From Desulfocapsa sulfexigens DSM 10523 (GTDB lineage: Bacteria; Desulfobacterota; Desulfobulbia; Desulfobulbales; Desulfocapsaceae), in contig NC_020304.1 in the NCBI RefSeq assembly GCF_000341395.1, positions 1,500,001 through 1,532,000 of the forward strand: 32,000 nucleotides of DNA, given 5' to 3'. The notes under the pieces were generated by a model that was given only the letters and a program-made list of their open reading frames with translations, was not told the origin of the DNA and did not search any database. Within the stretch, counting starts at the first letter, position 1. Each line of letters opens with the position of its first letter. The position numbers and the translations under genes are program-made. Below are positions 8,916 through 19,122 of this stretch, in pieces.

Positions 8916-11444
8916 TCAATTTGAGTCCAGCACTTTCCGGATCGTTCTTGAAAGCTCTTTGTTATCGACCGGCTTCATCAGAAAAGCTTTGATTCCAATT
9001 GAATCTGCTTTATCTGCATCAATTCTAGAACTATAACCAGTACACATAATAATTGGAATGTCAGGTCGAATGTGAAATAATTCCCCGGCTAGTTGTTCGC
9101 CTGTCATATACGGCATTGTCTGGTCCGTGATGACAAGGACGTAGTTTTTTGACTCAGTCCTGAAATGCTCAAGAGCTTCTTTGCTGCTTGTCATGGCAGT
9201 TGCCTTATATCCAAACATTTCTAATCGCTTTTTAGTAAGGGTAGCAAGGCTGGCATCGTCATCAACAATAAGAATTTTTCCCTTGCCTGGAGGAAGAGGA
9301 CTCGTATCGACTGCCTCAACTTCTTTAACTGCCTCTTTGATTTTTGGTAAGTACAGTTTGAATGTTGTTCCCTTGCCAGGGATACTCTCAACGGTAATCA
9401 TTCCTCCATGGCTATGAACAATTCCGTGAACTACGGATAAGCCCATGCCAGAACCTTTGCCAAACTCCTTTGTTGTAAAATAGGGGTCAAAAATTCGCCC
9501 CAGAATCTCTTTTTTTATACCAGTGCCAGTATCGCTGACAACTAGCAATATGTAAGGCCCTGGTTGTAAGTTTAAGTCAGCATCCAAGTCGTCACTTGTC
9601 AAATCAACAACACTTAAATCAATACCTAAAATCCCCCCATTTTCTTCCATGGCCTGAGCTGCGTTAGTACAGAGGTTCATGAGAATTTGATGGATTTGGG
9701 TGGGGTCAGCCAATGTGTTCCCACAGGAAGGAGCGATGTTCAGTTTAATGTCAATAGTAGTGGGGATTGAGGCTCGAAGGAAATTCAAGACCTCCTTAAT
9801 TACCAGATCAATTTGTACAGGTATTTGTTTTTGTTCCCCTTGGCGACTGAAAGATAATATCTGTTTCACCAGTTCCTTCGCACGAATTCCAGCTTTTAAA
9901 ACCTCCCCAATTTGATGTTTAGCCGGGCTCCAATCCGGAATATCATTCTTTGCCATTTCGGCATAGCCGATAATAGCAGCGAGAATATTGTTGAAATCAT
10001 GTGCTATCCCTCCAGAAAGTGTTCCGATGGCTTCCATTTTTTGAGTGTGAAGAAGTTGAGCCTGGAGCTTGTTTTTTTCTTCCTCTGCTTTGGTGCGGTC
10101 TGTAATATCCAGTGTGAAGCCAGCAAGCATATTGGGTTTGTTATTTATGAATATTGGGAATTTTGTGGTTTCGTAGATCCTTCCACCAAATTCTTCAATA
10201 ACATTTACAGTCACCCCTTCCTGAAGTATTTTCTTGTCATCTTCGATCATTTTTTTTGCCAGATCAGAAGGGAACAGGTCATCCATTGATCTGCCAATGA
10301 TTTTTTCGAGTGGCATGCCCAGCAGCTGTTCATAGTTTCTGCTCAACATTAAGGAGCGAATTTCGTGATCCTTAAAAAATATATATACGGGACTGTTTTC
10401 AAGGAATAATTGGAAAATTATCTGGTTTTCATATAAAGCATCTTCGGCCTGTTTTCGTTCTTCAACTTCTTTTTGGAGGGCTTCTGTCCGTTGACGCACC
10501 AATCGATTTAACATTCTGTTCCAGATGAGAAATGCACCTACAATTAGAAGCATGACTGAAACAGTATATAATGCCATTTTTTTCAGCTCTTGTTTAGTTA
10601 TGCCTGGAGTGGTGTCTAAACGTATCCATTTGTTTTGAATGTTTTTCCGTTCTTCTGCTGTTAGTAATGACACTCCTTTCTCTAGAATACTGCTGAGTTC
10701 CGGCCAATCAGAACGGACAGCAAATCCCGATATATTAGGTGGGTCAGTTTCTCCGGCTAGTTTTAAATTGGTAATCCCTTCTGATTCGATATAGAAACTA
10801 GCTGTTGCTAAATCACCCACAAAAGCATCTGCCATTCCAAAAGAGACTTTTCTCAGGGCAGCTTTCAGGTCAGAAACCAAATCAATCTCAATGTCAGGGT
10901 GGTTATTTCGGATCAGATCCACATAGCCATAACCGGAAACCATAACAACACGCATGCCTTTAAGCATGTCTAATGTGAGCTCTTTAGTCACGGTTTTTCT
11001 GACTATAATGACAGAAGGGATTTTTAAGTACGGTGGGGGAAATAATAGATATTTCTCACGTTGGGGGGTTTTGACAACGGCATTCAGTACATCCACTTCA
11101 CGCCTTTCCATCCTGGCGAGAACATCATCCCAACTTTTGCATTTCACAACTTCAAATTGAATACCGAGTTTTTTGGTGACAAGCCGCATATAGTCAGCGC
11201 CAATACCTTGATAATTTCCAGTCTTATCGAAAAACTCTATTGGTTCAAAATTCGGGTCCGGTGCCAAACGAATCGTTGGATGTGCCTTAATCCAGGCAAT
11301 TTCTTCTTTTGTGAGTTGTGCTTGGGTTACTCCAGTTTCTGCCAGGATCAATGAGATATCTAAAATAAGAATATTAACAAATGCAATGCATAGCATTAAC
11401 GTCATTGTTGCAAATTTTAGCCAGTTATGCCCACCACTTCTCAT
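8916..11444 (-). CDS. Hybrid sensor histidine kinase with periplasmic solute-binding (SBP_bac_3) sensor, PAS and receiver domains
   Basis: TKEEIAWIKAHPTIRLAPDPNFEPIEF (SBP_bac_3), PAS region, GTLSGGIAHDFNNIL (HisKA H-box), GDTGTGIKKE / GKGSGMGLSVVHGIVHSHGG (HATPase), and C-terminal ILIVDDDASLATL...LVITDQTMP receiver. Confidence 0.92.
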   Translation of the reverse strand: MRSGGHNWLKFATMTLMLCIAFVNILILDISLILAETGVTQAQLTKEEIAWIKAHPTIRLAPDPNFEPIEFFDKTGNYQGIGADYMRLVTKKLGIQFEVVKCKSWDDVLARMERREVDVLNAVVKTPQREKYLLFPPPYLKIPSVIIVRKTVTKELTLDMLKGMRVVMVSGYGYVDLIRNNHPDIEIDLVSDLKAALRKVSFGMADAFVGDLATASFYIESEGITNLKLAGETDPPNISGFAVRSDWPELSSILEKGVSLLTAEERKNIQNKWIRLDTTPGITKQELKKMALYTVSVMLLIVGAFLIWNRMLNRLVRQRTEALQKEVEERKQAEDALYENQIIFQLFLENSPVYIFFKDHEIRSLMLSRNYEQLLGMPLEKIIGRSMDDLFPSDLAKKMIEDDKKILQEGVTVNVIEEFGGRIYETTKFPIFINNKPNMLAGFTLDITDRTKAEEEKNKLQAQLLHTQKMEAIGTLSGGIAHDFNNILAAIIGYAEMAKNDIPDWSPAKHQIGEVLKAGIRAKELVKQILSFSRQGEQKQIPVQIDLVIKEVLNFLRASIPTTIDIKLNIAPSCGNTLADPTQIHQILMNLCTNAAQAMEENGGILGIDLSVVDLTSDDLDADLNLQPGPYILLVVSDTGTGIKKEILGRIFDPYFTTKEFGKGSGMGLSVVHGIVHSHGGMITVESIPGKGTTFKLYLPKIKEAVKEVEAVDTSPLPPGKGKILIVDDDASLATLTKKRLEMFGYKATAMTSSKEALEHFRTESKNYVLVITDQTMPYMTGEQLAGELFHIRPDIPIIMCTGYSSRIDADKADSIGIKAFLMKPVDNKELSRTIRKVLDSN

Positions 11445-11754
11445 GGATTTTCCTTTTAAAAGAGGCTGATGATTAGAACTATGTTGTATGGAGATCTCAA
11501 GAGGAATCTTTGGATGTCATTAATTTAGCGTGATAAAGTACGATTCAGTTTCCTTGCCAGGTAACGAGCCACTTTAGAAATGATACCACAAGAAATGATA
11601 AGTGTGAAATTTAAATTCAGGTTGGTGTGAAGGGTTAAAGGTGATTCTCGTCACAAAGGGTCAAATTCTAAGAGAACTATTGGGGCAACTTCAGTATGGT
11701 TGGGAAATATATAGGGTAATGTCTTGTATAATAGGTTCTATGTTATAATGATTC

Positions 11755-11931
11755 CTGATTACCATCGAAACTCAGCTTTGCAACCTGGAGTTGTTTCGTG
11801 TCGATTATATGGGACGCCATAAACCCATCCCTGGGGCTCTGCTGCGGCCGTCCAGGCCGCAGATGCCCATATAATCAACACGAACCAACTCCTCCTCAGA
11901 CGGGTAGGCTGAGGATTAGTGGTAATCAGGT
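11755..11931. mobile_element. MITE-like palindromic element, copy 2
   Basis: CCTGATTACC (11755-11764) and GGTAATCAGG (11922-11931) ends, abutted by perfect 8-bp direct repeats TAATGATT (11747-11754 and 11932-11939). Confidence 0.92.
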
Positions 11932-12037
11932 AATGATTTGCTGATGCTTACCATCCAAGCTCTATCCCATTTGTTGAAGATAAATGTGAATCTTTCTTTG
12001 ACTATTGGGATTTTCTTTATGAAAAAGGTGAAAGTTT

Positions 12038-12766
12038 ATGCAGAGCCATGATGAAATTGAAGAGCAGAAAAACTCTATCTATCTGTGTGCTCCCGTTAAT
12101 GCACTGGTTGAGGGTATCTTTGAAGAAAACATTCATCTTGCAGAAGTACTTAGGCATGGTGATTTCGGACTTGGTACTTTTGATGATCTGGATGGAGAGA
12201 TGCTTATCCTCGACGGACATTGCTACCAGATAAACTCCGCCGGGAAAGTAACTGAAGTTGATGGACAAGTGTTGACCCCCTTCGCTTCGGTGACTTTTTA
12301 TAAACCGGAGAACTTTTATGAGATCAACAAGGAAACTCCATTTGATGATTTTTTAAAACAGCTCAATAGCTTTATGCCATCACCGAATCTGTTCTATGCC
12401 GTGCGTATTGAGGGTGAGTTTTCTCACATCAAAGCACGCTCCGTTCCAAAGCAGGCTAATTATCATCCGCTTACAGATATAGTTAATGAGCAGATTGTCT
12501 TTGATTTTGATAATATCTGCGGAACCGTGGCAGGCTTTTTTACACCAGAGTTCATGTCATCATTGAGCGTCCATGGACTGCATCTGCACTTTCTCTCAGA
12601 GGACTTGCAGCACGGGGGACATATCCTTGGATGTGTGCCGCGTAAAGTGAAGATTGGGGTCCAGACAATTAACCGTTTAGAGCTTACATTGCCGATGACA
12701 AAGGATTACATGGGGTGTGATTTTCACAGGGATATTAACAGGGATCTGGATAAGGTTGAAAAGTAA
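12038..12766 (+). CDS. budA: Alpha-acetolactate decarboxylase
   Basis: FDDLDGEMLILDGHCYQI, GTVAGFFTPEFM...VHGLHLHFLSEDLQHGGHILGC, matching the family including the metal-binding HLHF region. Confidence 0.93.
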   Translation: MQSHDEIEEQKNSIYLCAPVNALVEGIFEENIHLAEVLRHGDFGLGTFDDLDGEMLILDGHCYQINSAGKVTEVDGQVLTPFASVTFYKPENFYEINKETPFDDFLKQLNSFMPSPNLFYAVRIEGEFSHIKARSVPKQANYHPLTDIVNEQIVFDFDNICGTVAGFFTPEFMSSLSVHGLHLHFLSEDLQHGGHILGCVPRKVKIGVQTINRLELTLPMTKDYMGCDFHRDINRDLDKVEK

Positions 12767-12916
12767 GTGTGGAATTCCTGTAACAAGATAGATTGATTTT
12801 TGTGTACTTACCAATATAGGAACATTTTTGTTACTCCTTACAGTGTTTGGGAGCTGCTCGAGAGTGTGAAATACATTGGAAATGCTAATTTCTAAGTTGA
12901 GATAAAATCAGTTATC

Positions 12917-13690
12917 ATGGAAATACTTTGGTTCAAAATCATTTCGTTGCTGGTCATTTTTGCTGCAGGCTTGTTCGGTGGACTTGCACCGACAAAAATA
13001 AGCCTCACTCCCCAGGGAAAACGAAAACTTACATTGGGGAATGCCTTTTCCGGTGGAGTTTTTCTGGGCGCGGGATTACTGCACATGCTCCCTGATGCAC
13101 GTGAAAACTTCACTGCTTTTGCAGGCGACGTTGCCTATCCCTATGTCGCTCTCATCTGTGGCGGAGGATTTCTCCTGGTGATGCTTCTGGAAAAAGCTGT
13201 TCTTGGTGGTAGCGAGGACATTGGTGCGATGTCAAAAGGACGTTCCGTCTATCCTTATTTGTTGTGCGTTATCCTTTCTGTCCATTCAATTATTGTGGGA
13301 ACATCTTTAGGGTTGGAGGCCAGTCTGGTTGCTTCAGTAGGTATATTAGTGGCGATTCTCGCCCATAAATGGGCTGCGGCTTTTGCGTTAGGTGTCAGCC
13401 TGAGGGAAAATGGTTTCTCATTGTCACTTCATGTCCGACTTATCTGCTTTTTTGCGCTGATGGCTCCTTTGGGCGTGGTTCTCGGAACAATTTTCTCGGC
13501 CCTGTTTTCAGGAAAAGCGGCACTCCTGTTTGAAGCTGTCTTTGATGCTTTAGCAGCAGGGACTTTTCTCTATGTTGCCTGCGCCGATGTTATGGAAGAA
13601 GTCTTTAGAAAATCTGGGGATAACTGGAGAAAAGTCATTCTGATTATATGTGGCTTTTTTCTCATGGCACTGATAGCAATTTGGACATGA
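12917..13690 (+). CDS. ZIP-family metal transporter
   Basis: GGVFLGAGLLHMLPDA, SVHSIIVGTSLGL, HKWAAAFALGVSLRE, ADVMEEVFRK; multiple hydrophobic helices. Confidence 0.85.
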   Translation: MEILWFKIISLLVIFAAGLFGGLAPTKISLTPQGKRKLTLGNAFSGGVFLGAGLLHMLPDARENFTAFAGDVAYPYVALICGGGFLLVMLLEKAVLGGSEDIGAMSKGRSVYPYLLCVILSVHSIIVGTSLGLEASLVASVGILVAILAHKWAAAFALGVSLRENGFSLSLHVRLICFFALMAPLGVVLGTIFSALFSGKAALLFEAVFDALAAGTFLYVACADVMEEVFRKSGDNWRKVILIICGFFLMALIAIWT

Positions 13691-13796
13691 GCTGAGAAAG
13701 GGTGTTTATTGCGTCGCCCGTGTGATCGGTTATATGTTGTGTCTTAATGATTCGCTGATCGCTGCTGTTAATAATAACAGTGATTCAGTGTTCAAT

Positions 13797-13838
13797 AAAA
13801 AAAACCTCCAGGCTATCGATGAGATACCCTGAAGGTTC
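13797..13838 (-). terminator. Rho-independent terminator of the small membrane protein module (left copy)
   Basis: Minus strand reads aaccttcagggtatc-tcatc-gatagcctggaggtt followed by eight T. Confidence 0.75.
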
Positions 13839-13878
13839 TAATGCGGGACAACATCCCAAAGAATTGTTTACTTTTTTC

Positions 13879-14178
13879 CTACTTTGAAGCTGTAACCTTT
13901 GCAGGGGCCTTGTTTACATATTTAAAGAATACGGGGAAGGCGACAAAGAAGGCTACACAGAGCAGGTATTCAATACCTTTGATATGAGTGTAGTAGTCAA
14001 CCAGAGTATGCAGAGGCTTTACCATTCCTATTGCCACCATATACTGTCCGGCAAGCTCACTTACTGACCAACCAACCGATGAAAGAGCACTGGTAAGGGC
14101 TGCGCCAACCCAGAGACACATGATTGAACCGGCTGCGAGAAGTATTCTTGATCCTGTTTTTGATGTATTTTGTTTCAT
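13879..14178 (-). CDS. Hypothetical 99-aa membrane protein (copy A)
   Basis: Two hydrophobic helices; the predicted protein is identical to the one at 19205-19504. Confidence 0.75.
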   Translation of the reverse strand: MKQNTSKTGSRILLAAGSIMCLWVGAALTSALSSVGWSVSELAGQYMVAIGMVKPLHTLVDYYTHIKGIEYLLCVAFFVAFPVFFKYVNKAPAKVTASK

Positions 14179-14221
14179 GGTAGTGTCCTTATCTGTATAT
14201 GTTAATTTTAGAAAGAGTGTA

Positions 14222-14416
14222 TCAGCCGATAACTGCGGTCAGGTATCCTTTAACAACATTCAAATGTCCCATGCTTATCATTGCGCTTGCAAGACAGGCA
14301 AATCCCCAGATTCCAACAAGGGCAGCCATGGTCATTCCAGCACCAAGTGCAAATGAAGAAGTTTCGTATCCAGCTTTAACTTGAGTAGCAGTTGTGGTTT
14401 GAGTGTTTGTAGTCAT
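14222..14416 (-). CDS. Hypothetical 64-aa membrane protein (copy A)
   Basis: One strong hydrophobic helix; same as 19548-19742 except His/Pro; upstream ggaggaca-type Shine-Dalgarno on the minus strand. Confidence 0.75.
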   Translation of the reverse strand: MTTNTQTTTATQVKAGYETSSFALGAGMTMAALVGIWGFACLASAMISMGHLNVVKGYLTAVIG

Positions 14417-15010
14417 GGTGTCCTCCGTATGGGTTTGATCTAGCTAAGTTTTTCTTTTCTTTGCCCTCTATGTAGCAGCAACCATGCCAGTTTTTGTTTT
14501 TCTTGCTGTGCTTTCACGAAAAACCAGGTAACACATTGGTACAACTCTGTATTTATGGAGAATGCTGTTGGAGTTTTCTTGCGACACATATGTGCCCTGG
14601 CAGTGTGGCAAAACTCGGAACTGTAGTTTTAGGAAGAGAATGTGTGGCTTGTGTTCTACGGAAGTGTTGCAGGTCTTGCAGATAGGTGTGGAATCAGAGA
14701 ATAGAAGAAGTAAGCACTGGCAAGCCCAATAACAGTTGCCTCCCCTTTGTTCAGCTTTGCCCAGAGCCCCGCAAGTTCTGTTTGACTTCCAGGATTGGCG
14801 TATGATAAAATTTTTCTATTGAGGTGAGTTTTTTCCAGCGCTCTGTGTGGGCAAATTAGAATTACTAAATATTAAGATCGACCATATGGTATGAAGATCT
14901 GTCTTCAATGCCTCTCTTGCATGACTCTCTAAAAGAACGGGAAGTGTACCGATAACAAACCAGCCTCTCAATTTATTATACTCTACAACCCAAATCCAGT
15001 GAGGTAAGCC

Positions 15011-16057
15011 ATGCTATTTAAGGTCTTTCCCAGAGATCAGTTGGAGATTCTCTATGACATTTTGGCAGGCCATCATTTGGTTGGGCCACAAATCATAGGG
15101 ACAGACCGGAATGGGCAAGAGTTATTCGCCTTTGATTATATCCACAGTTTTACAGAACTTAGAATCGACTTCACCTCCACCGTTCATTCCTTGAAATCTT
15201 TTGTCCTTCCTCCCCGGGAAAATCTTAGTTCCTTTGCCCTGGCGAACAATGACTGGGAGAAAAATGTTGATTTGGGCATATACAAGCCTCATGTTTTTTT
15301 CGGCCTGCACCCCTGTGATATAAATGCTTTGAACAAACTGGACAAGGTTTTAACGGGTCCTGTTTATCCTGACCCTTTTTACACCGGAAAGCGGAAAAAC
15401 ATGTTCATTATAGGAGTCAACTGTATTCCGCAACCCTGGTGTTTTTGTAAATCCATGGGCACAGATACTGTGCTTTCCGGTTTTGATATGTTCCTCACCG
15501 ATTTGGGCGATAAATACTTTGTCGAGATCCAGTCAGCCACAGCTTATGATATCCTTATGGAGCTACCCATTACCGAGCCCACCGATGAGGATCATCGCAG
15601 ATTCGTTCAGTTAATGGATGAGCGAAACAGTAAATTCACCTGTCAGGTGGATAACTCCGACCTGACCAAGATCCTTGACTTGGAATTCCAGTCCCCGGTC
15701 TGGCAGGAGTGGGGAAAACGATGTATGTCCTGTGGTACCTGCGCAAATGTATGCCCTACCTGCTACTGCTATGGAGTAACGGAGCATGTTGACCTCGATT
15801 TGAAAAGTGCCACCAAACAGAAACAACTTTACTCTTGTAATCTTATAGATTTTGCCATGGTCTCTGGGGGCCACAACTTCAGACCTGATAGTGCCTCCCG
15901 CCTCAAATACCGTTATTACCACAAGCACCGCGGATTCCAGGAGGCATACGAAGAAGCGCTCTGCGTAGGCTGTGGTCGCTGTGGCCAGGCGTGTCTTGCT
16001 GGAATTACGGTGCCGGAAGTTATCGACAGTGTTCGCCGACAGGAGGTTCCTAAATGA
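15011..16057 (+). CDS. hydB: [NiFe] hydrogenase / sulfhydrogenase beta-type iron-sulfur subunit (group 3b-type)
   Basis: CMSCGTCANVCPTCYC and CVGCGRCGQACLAGITVPEVI cluster motifs; first gene of the operon, overlapping the next gene. Confidence 0.85.
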   Translation: MLFKVFPRDQLEILYDILAGHHLVGPQIIGTDRNGQELFAFDYIHSFTELRIDFTSTVHSLKSFVLPPRENLSSFALANNDWEKNVDLGIYKPHVFFGLHPCDINALNKLDKVLTGPVYPDPFYTGKRKNMFIIGVNCIPQPWCFCKSMGTDTVLSGFDMFLTDLGDKYFVEIQSATAYDILMELPITEPTDEDHRRFVQLMDERNSKFTCQVDNSDLTKILDLEFQSPVWQEWGKRCMSCGTCANVCPTCYCYGVTEHVDLDLKSATKQKQLYSCNLIDFAMVSGGHNFRPDSASRLKYRYYHKHRGFQEAYEEALCVGCGRCGQACLAGITVPEVIDSVRRQEVPK

Positions 16058-16956
16058 ACAAGCTTGATTTTGTCGATGTCCTGCCTGCAAGACAGATTTC
16101 TACACGAAAATCAGACCTATCCAGTTTTGAATATAGCTATAGGGCGGAAATCACCAATGTCTATGGTTTGACCAACACTGAAAAACTGTATCAGATAAGG
16201 ATAGTCGATTCCGATCAACGCCATCAGTTTACCTTCAAACCCGGACAATTTGTGATGCTTGAATTGCCTGGCATTGGAGAAGGCCCCTTTTCTATTTCTT
16301 CATCCCCAACCCGCCATGGTGATCTGGAGTTGTGTATTCGGGCTGTAGGCAATTTGACTAACTTTCTCAGCAGAGTACCCCGGGGCACGCTCGTCGGCAT
16401 TAGCGGACCATTTGGCACCAGTTTCCCGGTTGAAGACATGGAAAACAGCGACCTGATCCTTATTGCCGGAGGCCTTGGGATTGTTCCTCTGCGTGCTCCA
16501 CTCTTTTCTATACTTGAAAATCGCAGTCGCTATAAGCAGATAGATATTATCTACGGTGCTCGTAATCCATCCGAACTTCTTTTCACCTATCAGTATCAGA
16601 TGTGGCGGCAGTTTGACATAAATCTGGAAATTATTGTCGACCAGGCCGACGAAAAGTGGCAAGGGCCTGTTGGTCTAATCACCGAAATTCTAAAACATCG
16701 ACTTGAAGCCGCCGGAAATAACCTGTCTAGCAACACCTATGCAATTGTTTGCGGACCACCTGTAATGTTCCATTTTGTTTGCGATATGCTGATCAACGCC
16801 CAGTTACCCATGCAAAAGATCTTTGTCTCTCTGGAACGGCGGATGCATTGCGGGCGCGGAAAATGCTGCCGATGTAACATCGGTGCGACCTATACCTGTC
16901 TCAGCGGACCGGTCTTTGATTACTGGTCGGTATTGAATATGAAGGAGGCCATCTAG
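16054..16956 (+). CDS. hydG: Hydrogenase gamma subunit, FAD/NAD(P)-binding
   Basis: FKPGQFVMLELPGIGEGPFSISS, GGLGIVPLRAPL, and a C-terminal CGRGKCCRCNIG 2Fe-2S motif. Confidence 0.87.
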   Translation: MNKLDFVDVLPARQISTRKSDLSSFEYSYRAEITNVYGLTNTEKLYQIRIVDSDQRHQFTFKPGQFVMLELPGIGEGPFSISSSPTRHGDLELCIRAVGNLTNFLSRVPRGTLVGISGPFGTSFPVEDMENSDLILIAGGLGIVPLRAPLFSILENRSRYKQIDIIYGARNPSELLFTYQYQMWRQFDINLEIIVDQADEKWQGPVGLITEILKHRLEAAGNNLSSNTYAIVCGPPVMFHFVCDMLINAQLPMQKIFVSLERRMHCGRGKCCRCNIGATYTCLSGPVFDYWSVLNMKEAI

Positions 16957-16963
16957 GGACACC

Positions 16964-17746
16964 ATGGAGAAAAGTAAAACGTATCTGGGAGTGGAAATAA
17001 AACGACCCAGGACCGCCTTTTTTGAGTTGTCATCCTGTGAGGGCTGCCAGTTACAGATTCTCAATAAAGAGGCCAGCCTCCTGAATTTTCTTGATCTTCT
17101 TGAGATTGTCAATTTCCGCGAAGCGATGTCCAATGGGAGCGATGATTACGAGATAGCTTTTGTGGAGGGCAGTGTAACCAGAGCCGATGAAGAAGAGAGA
17201 CTTCTGAAGATCCGGAAACAGGCAACAACTCTTGTAGCTCTCGGATCCTGTGCCTGCTTTGGCGGAGTGAACCAACTGAAAAATCGTTTTCATGACCTGG
17301 AGTGGGTAAAAAATGAGGTCTATGGGGGCCATCCCATAGAGACTCAGGAGGTAAGACCTCTGTCGGACTTTGTTATAGTTGATCTCTCAATATACGGCTG
17401 TCCAATCAAAAAAGAAGAAGTGGAAGAGATCGTCACTAATCTGGTGCTTGGTAAATCAATTGACCATCCACGCTATCCCGTCTGCATGGAATGTACGGCA
17501 AATGGCAACATCTGTCTCTTCAACCTGGGTGAACCATGCCTTGGGCCAGTAACCAGGGCTGGCTGTGATGCCTGGTGCCCAAATAACCGCATGGGTTGCT
17601 GGGGGTGCCGTGGACCTTCCGATGAGGCCAATTTCAGCCAGCTTCAGGAGATCATGGACAGCCACAACATCCCCAGGCAGGCCATGCTTGATCGACTCGA
17701 ATGTTTTGGTGGTTTCAGCAGTGCAATCAGGGAAATGGAAAAATAA
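16964..17746 (+). CDS. hydD: [NiFe] hydrogenase small (delta) subunit
   Basis: FFELSSCEGCQLQ, ALGSCACFGG, PIKKEEVEE and CLGPVTRAGCDAWCPNNRMGCWGCRGP. Confidence 0.9.
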   Translation: MEKSKTYLGVEIKRPRTAFFELSSCEGCQLQILNKEASLLNFLDLLEIVNFREAMSNGSDDYEIAFVEGSVTRADEEERLLKIRKQATTLVALGSCACFGGVNQLKNRFHDLEWVKNEVYGGHPIETQEVRPLSDFVIVDLSIYGCPIKKEEVEEIVTNLVLGKSIDHPRYPVCMECTANGNICLFNLGEPCLGPVTRAGCDAWCPNNRMGCWGCRGPSDEANFSQLQEIMDSHNIPRQAMLDRLECFGGFSSAIREMEK

Positions 17747-17757
17747 ACGAGGCGATC

Positions 17758-19038
17758 ATGGGTGAATCAATAAGCTGCGATATCAATATCAACCATCTGA
17801 CCAGAGTCGAGGGGCACGGTAACATCCGGATTCGCATTAAAAACGGGAAGGTGGAAAATGCAAGTTGGGATGTGGTGGAGACCCCACGCTTTTTTGAGGC
17901 CATTCTGGTGGGAAAACATTGGGAGAATGCGCCTATCCTTTGTGGGCGTATCTGCGGGATATGCTCCATCGGCCACACACTGGCATCCATAAGGGCTGTT
18001 GAAAATGCCTTTGCCATGGTTCCCAGTCTGCAGACTCAAAGACTCCGGCTACTGCTCAAGCATATGGAGACGTTACAAAGTCATATCCTCCACCTCTACT
18101 TCCTGGTAGCTCCTGACTTTCTTGGCACAGACAGTGTGCTCGAACTTATAAAACCTCATGGTGATGAAGTACAACGGGCGGCCAGGCTTAAGTTGCTGGC
18201 CAATGACGGTGGTGACTTGATAGGTGGCCGCAGACTCCATCCAACCAGAACCGTTGTGGGTGGCTTTACCATGCTACCCGATCGCATAAAACTGGCAACC
18301 CTCAGGCAACGTCTCCATGCTGCACTGGCCGACCTCAACAAGACAGCAGAGCTCTTTGGCTCCTTTGCCATCCCAGATTTTACCCGAGAGACCGAGTTTG
18401 TTTCCCTGAAAAGCGATGGCAATTACCCTTTTATCGGTGGACAACTGGTCTCCAGTGACGGAGTGCTCAGAGAGGAAGAGGAGTACCTGACCATGAGTAA
18501 TGAATATATGGTCAGTCATTCCACTTCTAAATGGAGCAAACTCTCAAGACCAAGCCTGGCAGTGGGTGCTCTGGCCAGGATAAATAACAACTTTGCCAGC
18601 CTTCACCCTCATGCTCAGGATATTGCCAATAATTTAGGCCTCCACCCGGTCAGTCACAACCCATTTATGAACAATGTTGCACAGCTTGTGGAATGTGTTC
18701 ATGTTGTTCAGGATTCAATTTCACTTATTGACGAGTTGCTGGGGAGTGAGTGGCAGGAGCCTCGCCAAACTGTCACACCGAGGGCAGGTGCGGGAACTGG
18801 AGCCGTGGAAGTTCCCCGGGGAATTCTCTATCACTGGTATCAGTTTGACAAGGATGGTCGAATCACCAGGGCTGATTGCGTCATCCCCACCAGTCAGAAT
18901 AACGCCAATATTCACTACGATATCATTGCTCTTGCGCAGAAACTTGCCGCCCAGGGTAAGGACGATCAGGAAATTCGTTTGCTGGCCGAGATGCTTGTCC
19001 GATCCTATGATCCCTGCATTTCCTGCTCGGTTCATTAA
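17758..19038 (+). CDS. hydA: [NiFe] hydrogenase large (alpha) subunit
   Basis: LTRVEGHGNI, RICGICSIGH and terminal SYDPCISCSVH; start ATG at 17758 rather than the track start at 17701. Confidence 0.93.
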   Translation: MGESISCDININHLTRVEGHGNIRIRIKNGKVENASWDVVETPRFFEAILVGKHWENAPILCGRICGICSIGHTLASIRAVENAFAMVPSLQTQRLRLLLKHMETLQSHILHLYFLVAPDFLGTDSVLELIKPHGDEVQRAARLKLLANDGGDLIGGRRLHPTRTVVGGFTMLPDRIKLATLRQRLHAALADLNKTAELFGSFAIPDFTRETEFVSLKSDGNYPFIGGQLVSSDGVLREEEEYLTMSNEYMVSHSTSKWSKLSRPSLAVGALARINNNFASLHPHAQDIANNLGLHPVSHNPFMNNVAQLVECVHVVQDSISLIDELLGSEWQEPRQTVTPRAGAGTGAVEVPRGILYHWYQFDKDGRITRADCVIPTSQNNANIHYDIIALAQKLAAQGKDDQEIRLLAEMLVRSYDPCISCSVH

Positions 19039-19122
19039 TAAATTACGGTTGTGTATCCAATGCTGGCATAATTCAGACACCTGTCGATGGCGATTGTAAA
19101 TAACAGTGATTCAGTGTTCAAT

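Larger units (their letters stand above)
13773..14514. repeat. Near-identical direct duplication, left copy (pairs with 19099-19840)
   Basis: Constant offset of 5326 bp; only a few substitutions seen by eye. More diverged homology continues to about 14691 (pairs with 20017). Confidence 0.93.

Noticed and set aside
7466-11931. Repeat copies considered as retron msr-msd or group II intron remnants
   Set aside because: No reverse transcriptase ORF is near any copy and the duplicated 8-bp targets point to DDE-type transposition.
15611-16090. 159-aa minus-strand ORF, and similar long antisense ORFs (17456-18519, 4543-5199)
   Set aside because: They lie fully opposite well-supported conserved coding regions and read as shadow frames.
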